Source of the DNA: the human T2T-CHM13v2.0 reference genome, Homo sapiens
DNA: 64,000 nucleotides
Assembly: GCF_009914755.1 (NCBI RefSeq)
Contig: NC_060941.1
Direction: 5' to 3' (one strand)
Of this stretch, positions 29,330 to 41,900 are shown piece by piece. The notes below the pieces were generated by a model, which was given only the letters and a program-made list of their open reading frames with translations, searched no databases and was not told the DNA's origin. The position numbers were made by a program, and so were the translations under genes. Position 1 is the first letter of the stretch. Every line of letters starts with the position of its first letter.

Positions 29330-30088
29330 TGCATTAGTCTATTCTCCCACTGCTGTAAAGAAATACCTGAGACAGGGTAATTTCTAAAGAAAAGAGGTTT
29401 AATTGACTCACAGTTTTACAGGCCGTACAGGAAGCATGGCTGGGGAGGCCTCAGGAAATACATGATCATGGCAGAAGGCAAAGGGGAAGCAACACATGTT
29501 ACATGGTGGGAGCTGGAGGAAGAGAGAGAATGAAGGAGCTCTTTTGCTGAGCGCACACTCCATGTGGCTGTGTGTGGCATGGTGTCCCTCTCCCCTGGTC
29601 TGTGAGTATATGTGACTAATACACTGCTGTTGATCTCACTTGTCCAGTGTGAAGTATTAGTATTTTGCCATTCCCATAACACTATAGAGAAATCCTTTCC
29701 TCACCAATGGAATGAATAGGAGGCAATTTTAAAATGAGGAATTACAACATAGTGTGTGAGGCAAGATATATGCAAGAATCAATAATATAATTAGGAGTGT
29801 CCAAGCAAGTGGTAAATTATGTGATACTAACTGAAAGTACTATGGAAGTTCAGAAATGTTTGTATGCATAAGTAATTTTAGTTTAGTAAACAAAATATTT
29901 AATGAAAAAAAGTTTAAAGACTTTGAAATAGGAATAAAACAACCACATCTCATGAGAACTCTATCATGAGACAGCATTAGGGCGATGGTGCTAAACCATT
30001 AGAAACCACCCCCACGATCCAATCACCTCCCACCAGGATCACAATACAACAGGAGATTTGGGTGGGGACACAGAGCCAAACCATATCG
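29330..30088 (-). mobile_element. MSTA (ERVL-MaLR) solo LTR split by a ~396-bp insert (29539-29934)
   Basis: Halves colinear with MSTA; 5-bp TSD ctggt/ctgat flanks the whole element. Confidence 0.88.
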
Positions 30089-30212
30089 CTGATACTCTTC
30101 AGTTTTATTTTCTTGGCATCAGTATGATACAAACATTTCTACCCACCCCATATTTTTAAACCTTATTATATAAAACAGCCTTTTATTATCAGTTTAGTTT
30201 TCTGTGTTTTAA

Positions 30213-30248
30213 TTTTTTTTGGGGGGGGGGAATTTTTTTTTTTTTTTT
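30213..30248. repeat. Compound mononucleotide run T8-G10-AA-T16
   Basis: Direct reading. Confidence 0.9.
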
Positions 30249-30433
30249 AGAAGTAAGTGATAAATGATGAGTCCTCCACCTGTTGACAGCTAAAAAAGGA
30301 TGGCACACCGTATCGGGCAGGTTCCAGACGGAATATTAGTTTGTTTGTTTGTTTTTAACAGGATTTAATACAAAGAATCAATTATTTGGTATGGGAGGAT
30401 AGAAAAGGCAAAGGGGAAACACTGAGATGATAC

Positions 30434-30938
30434 TGTCAGAAAAGATTATCAAAGTGAAATTGTGCTAAACACTTGTTAACATGGACAAGACAGACTTTAT
30501 TCGGGTTATAGCAATAAAGGAGGGAGACTTCAGAACAGGACTGAATTCAGCCCTCCCACTTTTTGTTTCTGCAGAAATAGGAGGGTTTTTAATTTCTGGG
30601 ATAAACTAGTGGAAATGTAGCTGGAAGGGGAAGTTGGTCAAGTCGTTAGAGCATCTGTGTTTGCTAATTGTTGTTTGTTCAGGTTAGCCGCCTACCCTCC
30701 CACAAAGAATGGGAAAAAGGGACACTTGTCTTCCTTAATGATTAGATTTCAAAGGGGGTGGCTCCCATGTCTTTGAGAAAGACATTTCTGGGCTGTAAAA
30801 GGGGCAGAGAAAGATTTTACCGTTGCTAGTATTTTACTGTAAATACTCTAAGAAAAGAGAGGTCAGAAGCTTATGGTCATGATGTAATCTGTCTAAAGTT
30901 TAGTGAAGGTGAGAGGAATGTGAAGGCCATCTTGGTCA
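30434..30938 (-). mobile_element. MER31 (ERV1) solo LTR
   Basis: Minus strand starts tgaccaagatggccttcacattcctctc; contains caattagcaaacacagatg. Confidence 0.8.
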
Positions 30939-31326
30939 AGATGCAGGAAGAAAGGGAAGAAGTTGTTGAACATTTTCAAATACTAGAAGTTTGGAGGAGA
31001 AGACTGGGCAGCTGGGACCTACACAAGGAGAAGAGGACGTATTTCAGCTCCATACCTCTAGAATTCATAGGAGAGAGCTCCTGAAAGTGAAAGCTTCTAC
31101 TCAGACATCTAAGAAGGGGTGCTGTCTGGTGGATAGCTCTGAGGGAACCTTCTGAGCGGGTTCTGGGAGTTCTAATGAAGGTGGAAACTAGACCCAGCAA
31201 GCCAGATGAAGCTGGGAGCTGTGTGAGTACATGCTGCTGTTGGCATGAAGACCTGTTATGGGAGTGGTGCTTTTAACAACAGGGAGCAAACAGAACTCAT
31301 GAGTCCCCAGGCTTCCAGTCTCCCCT

Positions 31327-31343
31327 TAGTGCCATCTACTGCA
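31327..31343 (-). promoter_or_regulatory. Candidate CTCF site
   Basis: Minus strand TGCAGTAGATGGCACTA fits the CCASYAGRKGGCRCTA core with one mismatch at the first base. Confidence 0.5.
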
Positions 31344-31771
31344 TTATATGTAGCAGACAGGCAGATGGCAAAGGAGAAATATGGTCTGCACAATATCACA
31401 GGGCAGAATATTAAAAAGTGGACTTGGAGATGAGAAACAAGAACTTAATATTTGGCTGTATACCAAGGTGGCAGACCATCTACACACTGAATCAAGACAG
31501 TAGAACCGGGATCTAAAAACCGAATAGGGATTGGGAAAGCAAAATGTGTGTCCCAACCCCTGATTCCAGGTAGGGGCTAGAAACAATATTAGGAACTTCT
31601 CTTCAAAAGGAATAGAGTTTGAATCCTCATTTGAATCTCAAAAGATAGGCATATCTGCCTGGGTACAGTCAGGAGCCAAAAAGTACACTATGATAAAAAA
31701 AAAATAGAACTCATTAGCCTTTCTTTAAAATTTGGGCAAATAGACAATGGAAATTAGAAAAGTGAGCTTTA

Positions 31772-31840
31772 TTACAGGTGTGAGCCACTGCTCCCAGCCT
31801 ATATGCATATATTTTTAATTTACATAAATAGAAAAAAAAA
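31772..31840 (+). pseudogene. 69-nt retrocopy of a transcript end (antisense Alu 5' tip + unique AT-rich + poly-A)
   Basis: 16-bp TSD agaaaagtg(a/g)gcttta at 31756-31771 and 31841-31856; A tail. Confidence 0.7.
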
Positions 31841-32179
31841 AGAAAAGTGGGCTTTAAAGTGCTTCTAAATGCTTTTTATAACTCAAACCTAAAATTGAGT
31901 TCTGGAAGCAGAAGGCAGAGATTGGGGCTGATAATCATCTACAGTCTTTTACATTTCACCCCATGGGAGACACTGACATTATGTTTAGTGATGTTTTCTG
32001 TGTTGAGATATTTAAATTTTATTTTTCTATACATTCAAATGCAGCAGTGGTTACAAATAATTCACAATTAAATATGCCCTTTTTAATGTAGAGTTTCCTG
32101 TTTTTTCGTCTTGTTTTCCGTTTATCCTGGAAAATTCTTTTAGCGTGGATGGATAAATAATATTTGCAGCAGTTAATTT

Positions 32180-32350
32180 TTTGAGTACTTACCATGCATG
32201 AGCCACAAAATGTTATAATAACACTTTGTATGAATTGACTCATTTAGTTCTCATATCACCTATCTATGGGGTCATTACTATCTCTCTAATTTATAGACAA
32301 GGAAAATTAGAACAAGTAACATGAAGTAGTAATTTGCGTAAGATCCCACA
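32180..32350 (-). mobile_element. MIR SINE
   Basis: ctcatttagttctcatatcacc...atttatagacaaggaaaatt...aatttgcgtaagatcccaca. Confidence 0.7.
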
Positions 32351-32419
32351 ATAAATCTAAGTCTAGCGAGTGTGTATGTTTGACATGCTACTACCTCTAA
32401 TCATGAATATGTATTAACA

Positions 32420-32600
32420 CATTTCCATGCATCTGGCTCAATATTAAGCTTTTGTATAAATCATCTTATATATTCTTCACAGAATTCCTACATGGCAGAA
32501 ACCATTATCTCTCTTATGAGAATGAGAAAATTACCACCAAGAAAGATAAGTCATATAGTTAATAAACAGTGAAGGAAATATATGAGCCTGGAGAAATTGC
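32420..32600 (-). mobile_element. MIR SINE (second copy)
   Basis: tattcttcacagaattcctac...accattatctctcttatgagaatgagaaaatt. Confidence 0.55.
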
Positions 32601-32739
32601 CTGTAGAATCCAACCCATTGATCAATCTGCTATATCAAAATAAACAGCCAAAGAAAAACCTAATGGAATCTTTCAGAAATATTATCTGTCAGTTAAGCAA
32701 GAAAAAGAATAGCCATCATTTCTGTTTTGGTTTTAGGAA

Positions 32740-32922
32740 TGGAACAACACACACTGGGTCTTATCAGAGAGTGGAGGGTGGGAGGAAGGAGAGGATCAGG
32801 AAAAATAACTATTGGGTACTAGGTTTAATACCTTGGTGATGAAGTAATCTGTACAATAAACCCCCATGACACAAGTTTACTCATGTAACAAATCTGCTGA
32901 TATACTCCTGAACTTAAGAAAA
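32740..32922 (+). mobile_element. L1PA11-13-type 3' end fragment
   Basis: ggagggtgggaggaaggagaggatcaggaaaaataactattgggtactagg...aacccccatgacacaagtttac. Confidence 0.9.
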
Positions 32923-33220
32923 TTCTTATGTTTAGAATGAATAACACTCTTGTCCATAGAAGTAACATTTATATGATAGTAAATCAGTGTTGCTTCATTT
33001 AAAAATAATCTCAAGGAAATTGGAACAAAGGGGAAAACAAACTAGAAAGGGTATTGATTATCCGCAGAGGGTACTGAGATATGTATTATTGTTGTCAACA
33101 GTAAACAAGCCTGGTGCTTCTCAATCAGTCTCTTCTTATGTGCAGCACAAAAGAAAATTTCAAGATGGGATTATATAATGTATTGAATTAGTCATCAGAT
33201 AAACTATAGCTCTGGAATTA

Positions 33221-33883
33221 TAGTATCCCACCCCTCATCTTCAATTTTGCTTTCCATGGTTTCAGTTACTTGTGATCAACCATAGTAAAAAAACATTACA
33301 TAGAAAATTTCAGTAATAAGTAATTCATATGTTTTAAATTGTGTGCCATTCTCAAGAGTGTGATGAACTCTCATGCCACACCACTCCGTCCTGCCCAGGA
33401 TGTAAAGCATCCCTTTGTCCCGCATATCCATGTTGTATGGGCCATCTTCAAGTTAGTCACTTAATTGTGTCTTGTTTATCAGATCAAAATAAACATGTAT
33501 ACAGATGCTGCTTGACTTATGATGGGGTTATGTCCAGATAAATCCATTATACACTGAAATTATTAAGTAAAAATGCGTTTAATACACCTAAACTACCAAA
33601 CATCATAGATCAATCTTGCCTACCTTAAATGTGCTCAGAACACTTACATTAGCCTAGTTAGGCAAAATCATCTAGGGCAAAGAATACTTTATAATAAAAT
33701 GTTGACTATCTCATGATTCATTGAATTCTGTACTGAAGAGAAAAACAGAATGCTTTTGCACCATAGTAAAGTGGAAAAATCATTAAGTTGAACCCTCATA
33801 AGTTAGGGACTGTGTGTATAAAGTTCGGTATTATCTGCAGTTTCATGCATCCACTAGGGGTTTTGGATAAAGGGGGACCACTG
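33221..33883 (+). mobile_element. MER44A (Tigger7 MITE) interrupted by MER47A
   Basis: ttttgctttccatggtttcagttac...catccctttgtcc...; resumes at 33817 and ends ggataaagggggaccactg. Confidence 0.85.
33502..33816 (+). mobile_element. MER47A (Tigger5-related MITE)
   Basis: cagatgctgcttgacttatgatggggttatgtcc...ataagttagggactgtgtg, flanked by TA. Confidence 0.88.
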
Positions 33884-34834
33884 TCTATAGAGAAGTTAGA
33901 TCTTCATTACCTAGCAAAAAAGACATTTAAGAAAAGACCAGAAGCTTCATGGGAAGAAATGATGAAGCAGTAAGAGAGGTATGACGAAGAGACTCTAGAA
34001 TCTCAATTCACAAGCCCCAGAAAGGATCACAGAATGTTAAGGCAGTTTCCCTGATTCTAGCCCATTCTCTTCTAGAGCGTCCTTCCCGTAGGCTGTGCTT
34101 TCTGCAGGCTTTCCAATACCCAAGGAAGTCATGTTTTCTTTCTCTTTTGGCATCTTGTAGATTTAATGTTCATCTGTTGAGGCACATTGAGGTGATTTGC
34201 CAAATAACTCCTTTTGGCAAAAGAAATGTGCTCGGTCATTATTCTTTACTCCGAATGAGCCAGACTGACTGTCCATACTGTGGGAATATGCCAGATAATT
34301 ACTTTAACCACGTCTTTCCCTTTAGCTGTGTATACATGGTCCTCATATTCTAGATACACTTGGTTAAACCTCGTATTGAATAATTACTGGCAAGTAGCCA
34401 TGTGCTCAGAGTAATTTAATGTTCATCTTGGGTTTCTACAGGGTGCTAGTGACAAAAGCTGGTTTTGTTTATGCATACATTAGAAGGATTTTCTTTTCAC
34501 AATTCAAAGAAAATCTACAAAACATGAAAAAAAAAGTACTTGATTTTTTAAAAAGCGTTTTTGATTCTAAGTTTTCCTCGGGAATCACAGATACAGCGCT
34601 GAGAAAAAGCTGATGTAGTTTAACTTTTAAAAACAAAGTCTCTATAAAAGGGTACCACATGTTCTCACTGCCTTGCAAGTTAAGCAGTTGTTATTACATT
34701 TAAATCATATCTGACATAATGTTGCTTTCCCTTTTGAAAGTGAGGACCAATGTTGCTGCATTTTATTACAAAAGGTAAACAGTTTGAATTCCCATGAATC
34801 ACTATACCTTGTAGTCCTATCGTAATTGAAAATG

Positions 34835-35030
34835 CCTTGGAGTAGGAGGCAGGAGCTAGAGATCCAAATTCCGACCGTGTTATTTATTAGTCTTGGAACC
34901 AGAAGCAAGAAATTTAACATCCCTCTTCCTTCGCTTGTGAAAATGGAAATAATATCATCCTAATCTTGCAAAGCATGTTTATGAAGCATAAATTAAATCA
35001 TATACAAACTTTTGTTATAAACTGTAGAGC
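34835..35030 (+). mobile_element. MIR SINE
   Basis: gcaagaaatttaacatccctcttccttcgcttgtgaaaatggaaataata. Confidence 0.6.
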
Positions 35031-35179
35031 ATGAAAAGTTCTGCACCTAAAGGACAGAAAAGATATTTTAACTAGTTTAAGATTTGTACACTTCTTAAGA
35101 GCCAAAAAAACCCACTAGGAATTCCAGAGAGAAGATAGAGAAACATGAATAGAACACAAATTTGCAATAGGTACTCCAA

Positions 35180-35530
35180 ACTTTGAAAATGCTGATACAT
35201 TTGGACCCAGAATTTTTCATCTGGGAACTCTCATAAGACTACCATGATGAATACTATCTTAATAAATATAGTAAAATATCCTCATATCTAAATGTCCAAT
35301 ATTAGGAGGATGGTTAAGTAAATTATGATATATGGTGTCTCTTACACAGGAGTAATATTTACATAATTATATAAATGAAATAGGAAATTCTTTGTCAAAA
35401 TGTTTAGCCAATATTTAGGAGCCAGCAATAATATCTATCATCACGATGTAAACTATGAAAAAATTATCAGATAAAACAAAATTCCACAGTTGCCTCTGAA
35501 TGTTGGGATTATGGGAATATTTGTCAGGTT
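35180..35530 (+). mobile_element. Old L1ME 3' region
   Basis: tttggacccagaatttttcatctgggaa; ctaaatgtccaatattaggaggatggttaagtaaattatg; gcctctgaatgttgggattatggg. Confidence 0.6.
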
Positions 35531-35532
35531 GT

Positions 35533-36336
35533 CTTTCTTTCTTTTTTTTTTGTTTTTTGGTTTTTCCTTTATTTTCTTTTTTTATTATTATTATACTTTT
35601 AGGGTACATGTGCACAATGTGCAGGTTTGTGACATATGTATACATGTGCCATGTTGGTGTGCTGCACCCATCAACTCATTTAGCATTAGGTATATCTCCC
35701 AATGCTATCCCTCCCCCCTCCCCCCACCCCACAACAGTCCCCGGTGTGTGATGTTCTCCTTCCTATGTCCATGTGTTCTCATTGTCCAATTCCCACCTAT
35801 GAGTGAGAACATGTGGTGTTTGGTTTTTTGTCCTTGCGATAGTTTGCTGAGAATGATGGTTTCCAGCTTCATCCATGTCCCTACAAAGGACACAAACTCA
35901 TCATTTTTTATGGCTGCATAGTATTCCATGGTGTATATGTACCACATTTTCTTAATCCAGTCTATCATTGTTGGATATTTGGGTTGGTTCCAAGCCTTTG
36001 CTATTGTGAATAGTGTCGCAATAAACATACGTGTGCATGTGTCTTTATAGCAGCATGATTTACAAGCCTTTGGGTATATACCCAGTAATGGGATGGCTGG
36101 GTCAAATGGTATTTCTAGTTCTAGATCCCTGAGGAATCACCACACCAACTTCCACAATGGTTGAACTAGTTTACAGTCCCACCAACAGTGTAAAAGTGTT
36201 CCTATTTCTCCACATCCTCTCCAGCACCTGTTGTTTTCTGACTTTTTTAATGATCGCCATTCTAACTGGTGTGAGATGGTATCTCATTGTGGTTTTGATT
36301 TGCATTTCTCTGATGGCCTGTGATGATGAGCATTTT
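35533..36336 (-). mobile_element. Young L1PA (L1PA3-like) 5'-truncated, about 0.8 kb
   Basis: tatatctcccaatgctatccctccccc...acaacagtccccggtgtgtgatg; ORF2 end MFIATLFTIAKAWNQPK. Confidence 0.95.
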
Positions 36337-37129
36337 ACTGTATGTATGTATGTATTTAATTTCTTTGTGTTTGGTCATGAAGGTTATTGTAGAAAACCTG
36401 CAAACCCTTAAGAAAGACAGTAAAATGGGACGGCCATTTTTTCTATGGTAAATAGTGAGCTCTGTGGTCACAATGATCTCATGAAATTTTGAGACATTTC
36501 AGTAATGAATACTCCTCGCTTTTGATAAATCAGTTATCACTGGTGCTTTCTGGAAATTTCATATTATCCATTATTTGGATGCAAGATTTTTTATTCTTTA
36601 CAGTATCTGAAGAAGCACGATTCCCTACCAGAACATTAACAATAGTTATTTGGAAATCTCCGCTCTTATTTTAAACACTATTCTGCAATAAACTACTTGG
36701 AAAAGTGGGCAGATCAGAATCTCCTAACATAATGTTGACATTTTTTAATAGCTGTTTTGGTTACTGATATAAGCTTTATAAGAGTGATTAGAAGTACAAA
36801 ACTTACATTGACATCTTTGTATCTCAGTTTATGAAGAAAGCCAAACTGAAGTTTATAACAATGTGTTTTATTTTCAGTTACACATTAATATTATTGATTT
36901 ATTACCTAAATATACTAGAAAAATTACATATTCTATTTTTTGGAGGGGTTACTGAGACAACATTTCGTCTCTTTTCTGTTATGCAAAAACCTCTTTGGGG
37001 AAAATGTATTGTAGCCATGGTTATAGAAACCTGTTAATGTGGATCTATGGGGACTTGTTCATCAACATCATCTATGCATGGAAGTCATCTTAGTTTTTTT
37101 AGAAGTGAGTTAAAAATCTATTCAGACAC

Positions 37130-37522
37130 ATTTTCTGGTTAAGAACAACAACAAAGAAAACACTTTATGTTCCCAACACTGTTTCCTCTTCCCAGAACCC
37201 ACTGGAAGACTACATTTCTTACCCTCCCAGCCTTCCTTGTATTTTTGTTAGAACAATTTTCCTAGCAGGTAAAATGTGGACCGAAGTGGTGTTAATCCTA
37301 CTGGGCAACATGTAAAAACCATTCTTCAGCATCTTTCAGACTCCTCTTCCTCTTCCATAGTGTCCATGAAAGCCAAGACTTCCATCGGGCCCAGTAGCAA
37401 CATGGTCTTGGAAGCAATCCACTAGGAAAGCTTCCAGATTGGCCTCGAAAGAAATTCTTACTGTGCTGACGCATTGAGAGTCAGCATTTCTTTATCTTTC
37501 AGCATAGTATACTGTCCTAACA
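37130..37522 (+). mobile_element. MLT1 (ERVL-MaLR) LTR, decayed
   Basis: actggaagactacatttcttaccctcccagccttccttgta...aaaatgtggaccgaagtgg. Confidence 0.55.
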
Positions 37523-37734
37523 CCTATAAGCACTTTATTTTATAAGTTGATATTAACTCTATTATCAACTAATTTGATAGTCAAAGAATATGGATTTGCC
37601 TTTATTTGGGAATAGTTTCCCCTCTTTCATATTCCAGCCAGAAAATATAGTCTCATTCAAGAATGTTTTGTCAAATGGTCAATTAAAAATAATACCATTG
37701 ATAAAAATAAACTTAAATATGAGTCTATTGATGA

Positions 37735-38088
<354 letters not shown>

Positions 38089-39826
38089 CAAAATTTTATC
38101 TTTGAATTACATTAGTCTAGGGGAGGTCTATATTCTTCCCCCAATAATTTTGGCTCCTCATAGAATTGCTTTTACTGAGCTGAGCATTGAATGTACACTT
38201 CTTTGCTTTTCTGAGGAATATTAGAAAAATACAGCCCTCTGTTGTATGGGAAAGACAGGGTCCACTATACTGTGATTTACTCTAGTGTATCATCTGTAAC
38301 TATACAGCAGTGGCTCCTCTCTTAGTGCCATTCTGCAGTATTTCTTTCTAATTGTGTTGTTCCAAAATCTGTACTCCTCTTCAAAGTTTATTTTTAAATA
38401 ATGGACACTATGACCCTATTTAAGTCTTTGTTTTGATTGGTGGGATTCTCATAGCCATATTTGTAATCAACCACTAGATGTAAAAGCTGATTTGACATTT
38501 TTTTTTCCTGTGAACTTTGTCCTTTATTTTACTTTATTTTTCTATTTGTATTTCCCCATATCCATAACTGTTCATATATTTTAATTTACTTTTGTTTATT
38601 TTTTTATATATTTCTCTCTAGGCCCTCTAATAATTATTTTGTTTTGGTGACAGTGCTGGTTTTAGTTTTCATAACCTAGATAATTGAAGAAGGGTAAAGT
38701 TTGAAACACAAAAATTAGTCATAATATATAGTGAATTACATATATATAAATATAATGAAATTCAGTCTACAAAACACTAGACAAGCTTGGTGGTGGTTGG
38801 GAGCATAATAGCAAGTCTTCCTAAATTATTTAATTACATATTTATTTATACATTTGATTTTTGATCATGAAAATTAAAAATTTAACAACAAATTTCTAAA
38901 TGAAATGGTCTATTTAATTCTTGATCCAGTTGAAATACTGTGCAAAGTTAATGATTACATAGAATATATCTGGAATAGCAAACAGCTCTAGAGGAATAAT
39001 CTTGTTTAAAGAAAAAGTAGAATGCTTCATAATCTGTTAAAGCACAGATTATAACCAAATTTGTTATATTATAGATTTAAAAACCACGTTTCACAAATAT
39101 AGCTCATTCCATCAAAACACATAATGCTTCCAATACGTCATTGGTAAAACAATAAAATTACTCCCGTCCTCTCTTGGAGTAAAGAATGATATGAAATTTT
39201 GCATATTTATATGAAAAAATAAAAAATCAAAATGAGAATTCACTGTTTTACTTTCTACTCCTAGAAGGTAACAGGCTGAGAACAAACAACGTCACTTGTT
39301 ATTATTATTTTCAAAAACACTATGCAAAAAAAGCATAGAACTCCAGATTTCCACCTTATAAAATATACTATCATTCATAGCATGGTCAACACTGTCCCCT
39401 GAAAAAAATAACGTTAATGTCAAAACGTGAAAACCACCATTAAAATGCTAAAACCTATAGCCATTGATTCTAAGTTCTACAATTTCTCCACCTGAAGTTT
39501 CATTATTTTCAAATATTTCCATCTTTCTTCAATGGAAAAATTAAGGCAATATCTTTCAATTAAAAGCTTAAATTAATGACTACAGTGAAAGCATAACTAA
39601 GGCATTTGATGTTTTTCTCTCTGCCACCAGTCTCCTGAACTTATTATAATATGAACTATCATCTCTCTTTAATAAGCATCTGCATATATTGAACCCATTT
39701 TGTATGTTTTGGTGGGAGGGAGATAATGGGGGAAAAAGTGAGACAGATTCCCAAGATACAATTTCATCTAATTTGGGCTATGTCTCTATTACTTTTTATA
39801 AATAAATACAGTTAAAAATGCAATGA

Positions 39827-40126
39827 GACCAGGCACGGTGGCTCACACCTGTAGTCCCACTATTTTGGGAGGCCGAGGCCGGTGGGTCACCTGAAGTCAG
39901 GAGTTTGAGACCAGCCTAGGCAACATGGTGAAACCCCATGTCTACTAAAAATACAAAAATACAAAAAATTGGCTGGGTGTGGTGGTGTCTGTAATCCCAG
40001 CTACTCAGGAGGCTGAGGAAGGAGAATCACTTGAACCCGGGAGGAGGAGGTTGCCGTGAGTCAAGATCATGCCATTGCACTCCAGCCTGGGCAACAAGAG
40101 AAAAACTCTGTCTCAAAAAAAAAAAA
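39827..40126 (+). mobile_element. AluSq-like, full length
   Basis: gccattgcactccagcctgggcaacaagag; duplicated linker; TSD aaaaatgca(a/g)tga. Confidence 0.95.
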
Positions 40127-40209
40127 AAAAATGCAGTGACACTTTTGTATTAGCTAATCAAATACAAAATTCGATTGAAAATGATTTGGGTTTATAAGAC
40201 ATCAGTTAT

Positions 40210-41600
40210 CTCTCTTATTGTTATTTCCTAAATGTAATGTGTCTACTTTTCTCAGATTTCTTTCAAAATATTTTTCTTATCTATGATTTTCTGCATTTGA
40301 CTATGCTACATGTAGGAATTATGGGTTTTTATTTGTTGGTTTTATTTTTGTATTTATCGTGTTTGGGATTTCCTGAGCTTCTGAGATGTGTGCTGATTTC
40401 AATCACTACATATAGAAAAATTTTCACAAGTATGTCTTCAAATACTTCCTTGCTCATGCTCTCTCGCTTCAGGGACACCAGTTATATGTTTAGATTATTT
40501 GACATGGTCCTAACATGTCTATTTAAAATCTGTTTAAAATCATCTGTTTAAAATCATCTGATAAATTTTTAATTTCAGATATTGCAATTTTTTCTCCTAG
40601 AATTTCAATTCTGTCATTTTTTAGGGCTTTTACCATTCGGTAAATTATTTGCCTGTTAGTTATTTGACATATTTAGATTTGTTTAAGTCCTGTGTATTAA
40701 CTAAAACATCCAGTTCATCTTTGTGTATGCCCGTATTTGCTGTTTTTTTTTTTTTTCATTTTTGGGTCAGTTTAACCTCTTTTTGTATGTCTTTTGATTT
40801 CTGCTTATATGCAGGACATTTTGAACAAAAATATAGAATAGACTGAACTAGACAACAGGTTTTGTTTTCTTTCTTCCAGAGTTTCCATACCTTTTCCCTT
40901 TCAGGCAGCTAGGGTGAAGGATTGAATGTTTAGATTTTACCATGAGTAGAGCTAGACTAGCATTGGGTCATTTAACTAGTGTAAAGTTTAAACTGCAATT
41001 AAAGAGATCTATATTTCTCCTTCCTCTCAGTCCATAACACCCTGTGTTGTAGCAAAGGGGGTTGAGCATTTTGATCCTACCAAGATTTGAACGGGCACAC
41101 AGCTGAGTTGCAGCGTGAGTTTTAGTTTACCTCTTTATTCAACTCTAGCAGTGTCCGGGCTCAGGCACTATGTGAGCCTGTACTGTTTTTCTCTGTTCTC
41201 TCACTCTTCCCATTGATATATACTCAGCAAAATACTCATGAGAGATAATTGTCAGATGAGAGATTTATGTTTGCTTTTGGAGATCTTTTAAATTCCAATC
41301 CATCATGTCAACCCATACAGTGCTTAAATTTCAGCTGGTTTCTCGTGGTCTCATGGACTATTTTCTGATTATCAGGCCTGCCTCTCCCTCTGCTGCTCAT
41401 GCTAAGACTAAAATATTGCTCCAAGTACAAAAGAAGCCCCTGCTTTTTGCTTACCTATGAAGAACTCCTCATCCTTTTTTGTAATTTAGTTATTTCAGGC
41501 TTCTTTGCATCCACCGTTCTAAGTATGACTGTTAGTTAGTCTGGTATTGTGATAGAAGTAATTGTCTCTAACAGACTGCTACTTTCTACTGTAAGTGGAA
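40210..41600 (-). mobile_element. Old L1M 5'UTR/ORF1 remnant
   Basis: T-rich antisense ORF1 signature (tgactatgctacatgtagg; gtatgtcttcaaatacttc); ends near ctactgtaagtggaa. Confidence 0.6.
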
Positions 41601-41694
41601 CTTAGAACATAATTAAGGATTTAAAATTTCACTCTGTTGCCTTTTAGTATAGTGAATTTCCCATGTTTCTCCCCAATTATACATACCCTGAAGC

Positions 41695-41900
41695 CTTTCA
41701 TTCATCCATTCATTCATTTGATCGTTAGTTTATTCTTTCATTTGTTCTGTCCCATAAAAAATTACCCATGGCATACTCACTAAACTTCAGAGGATTTACA
41801 CAGTTCCAGGAAACATATCTCCAACCATAAAGCATTTACAGTGTTATCTGGGCCAGGGATCAGCAACTGATGAAAACCAAAGCAAAATAATTCTATCTCT
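41695..41900 (-). mobile_element. L2 3' tail ((TCAT)n)
   Basis: ttcattcatccattcattcattt followed by decayed L2. Confidence 0.5.

Larger units (their letters stand above)
30310..31445. mobile_element. Ancient LTR (LTR78/79-like) interrupted by MER31
   Basis: cagtctccccttagtgccatctactgc...gcagatggcaaaggagaaatatggtctgca...gacttggagatgaga; family call from memory. Confidence 0.45.

Noticed and set aside
40522-40560. Short tandem repeat tttaaaatcatctg
   Set aside because: Ordinary slippage inside a decayed L1
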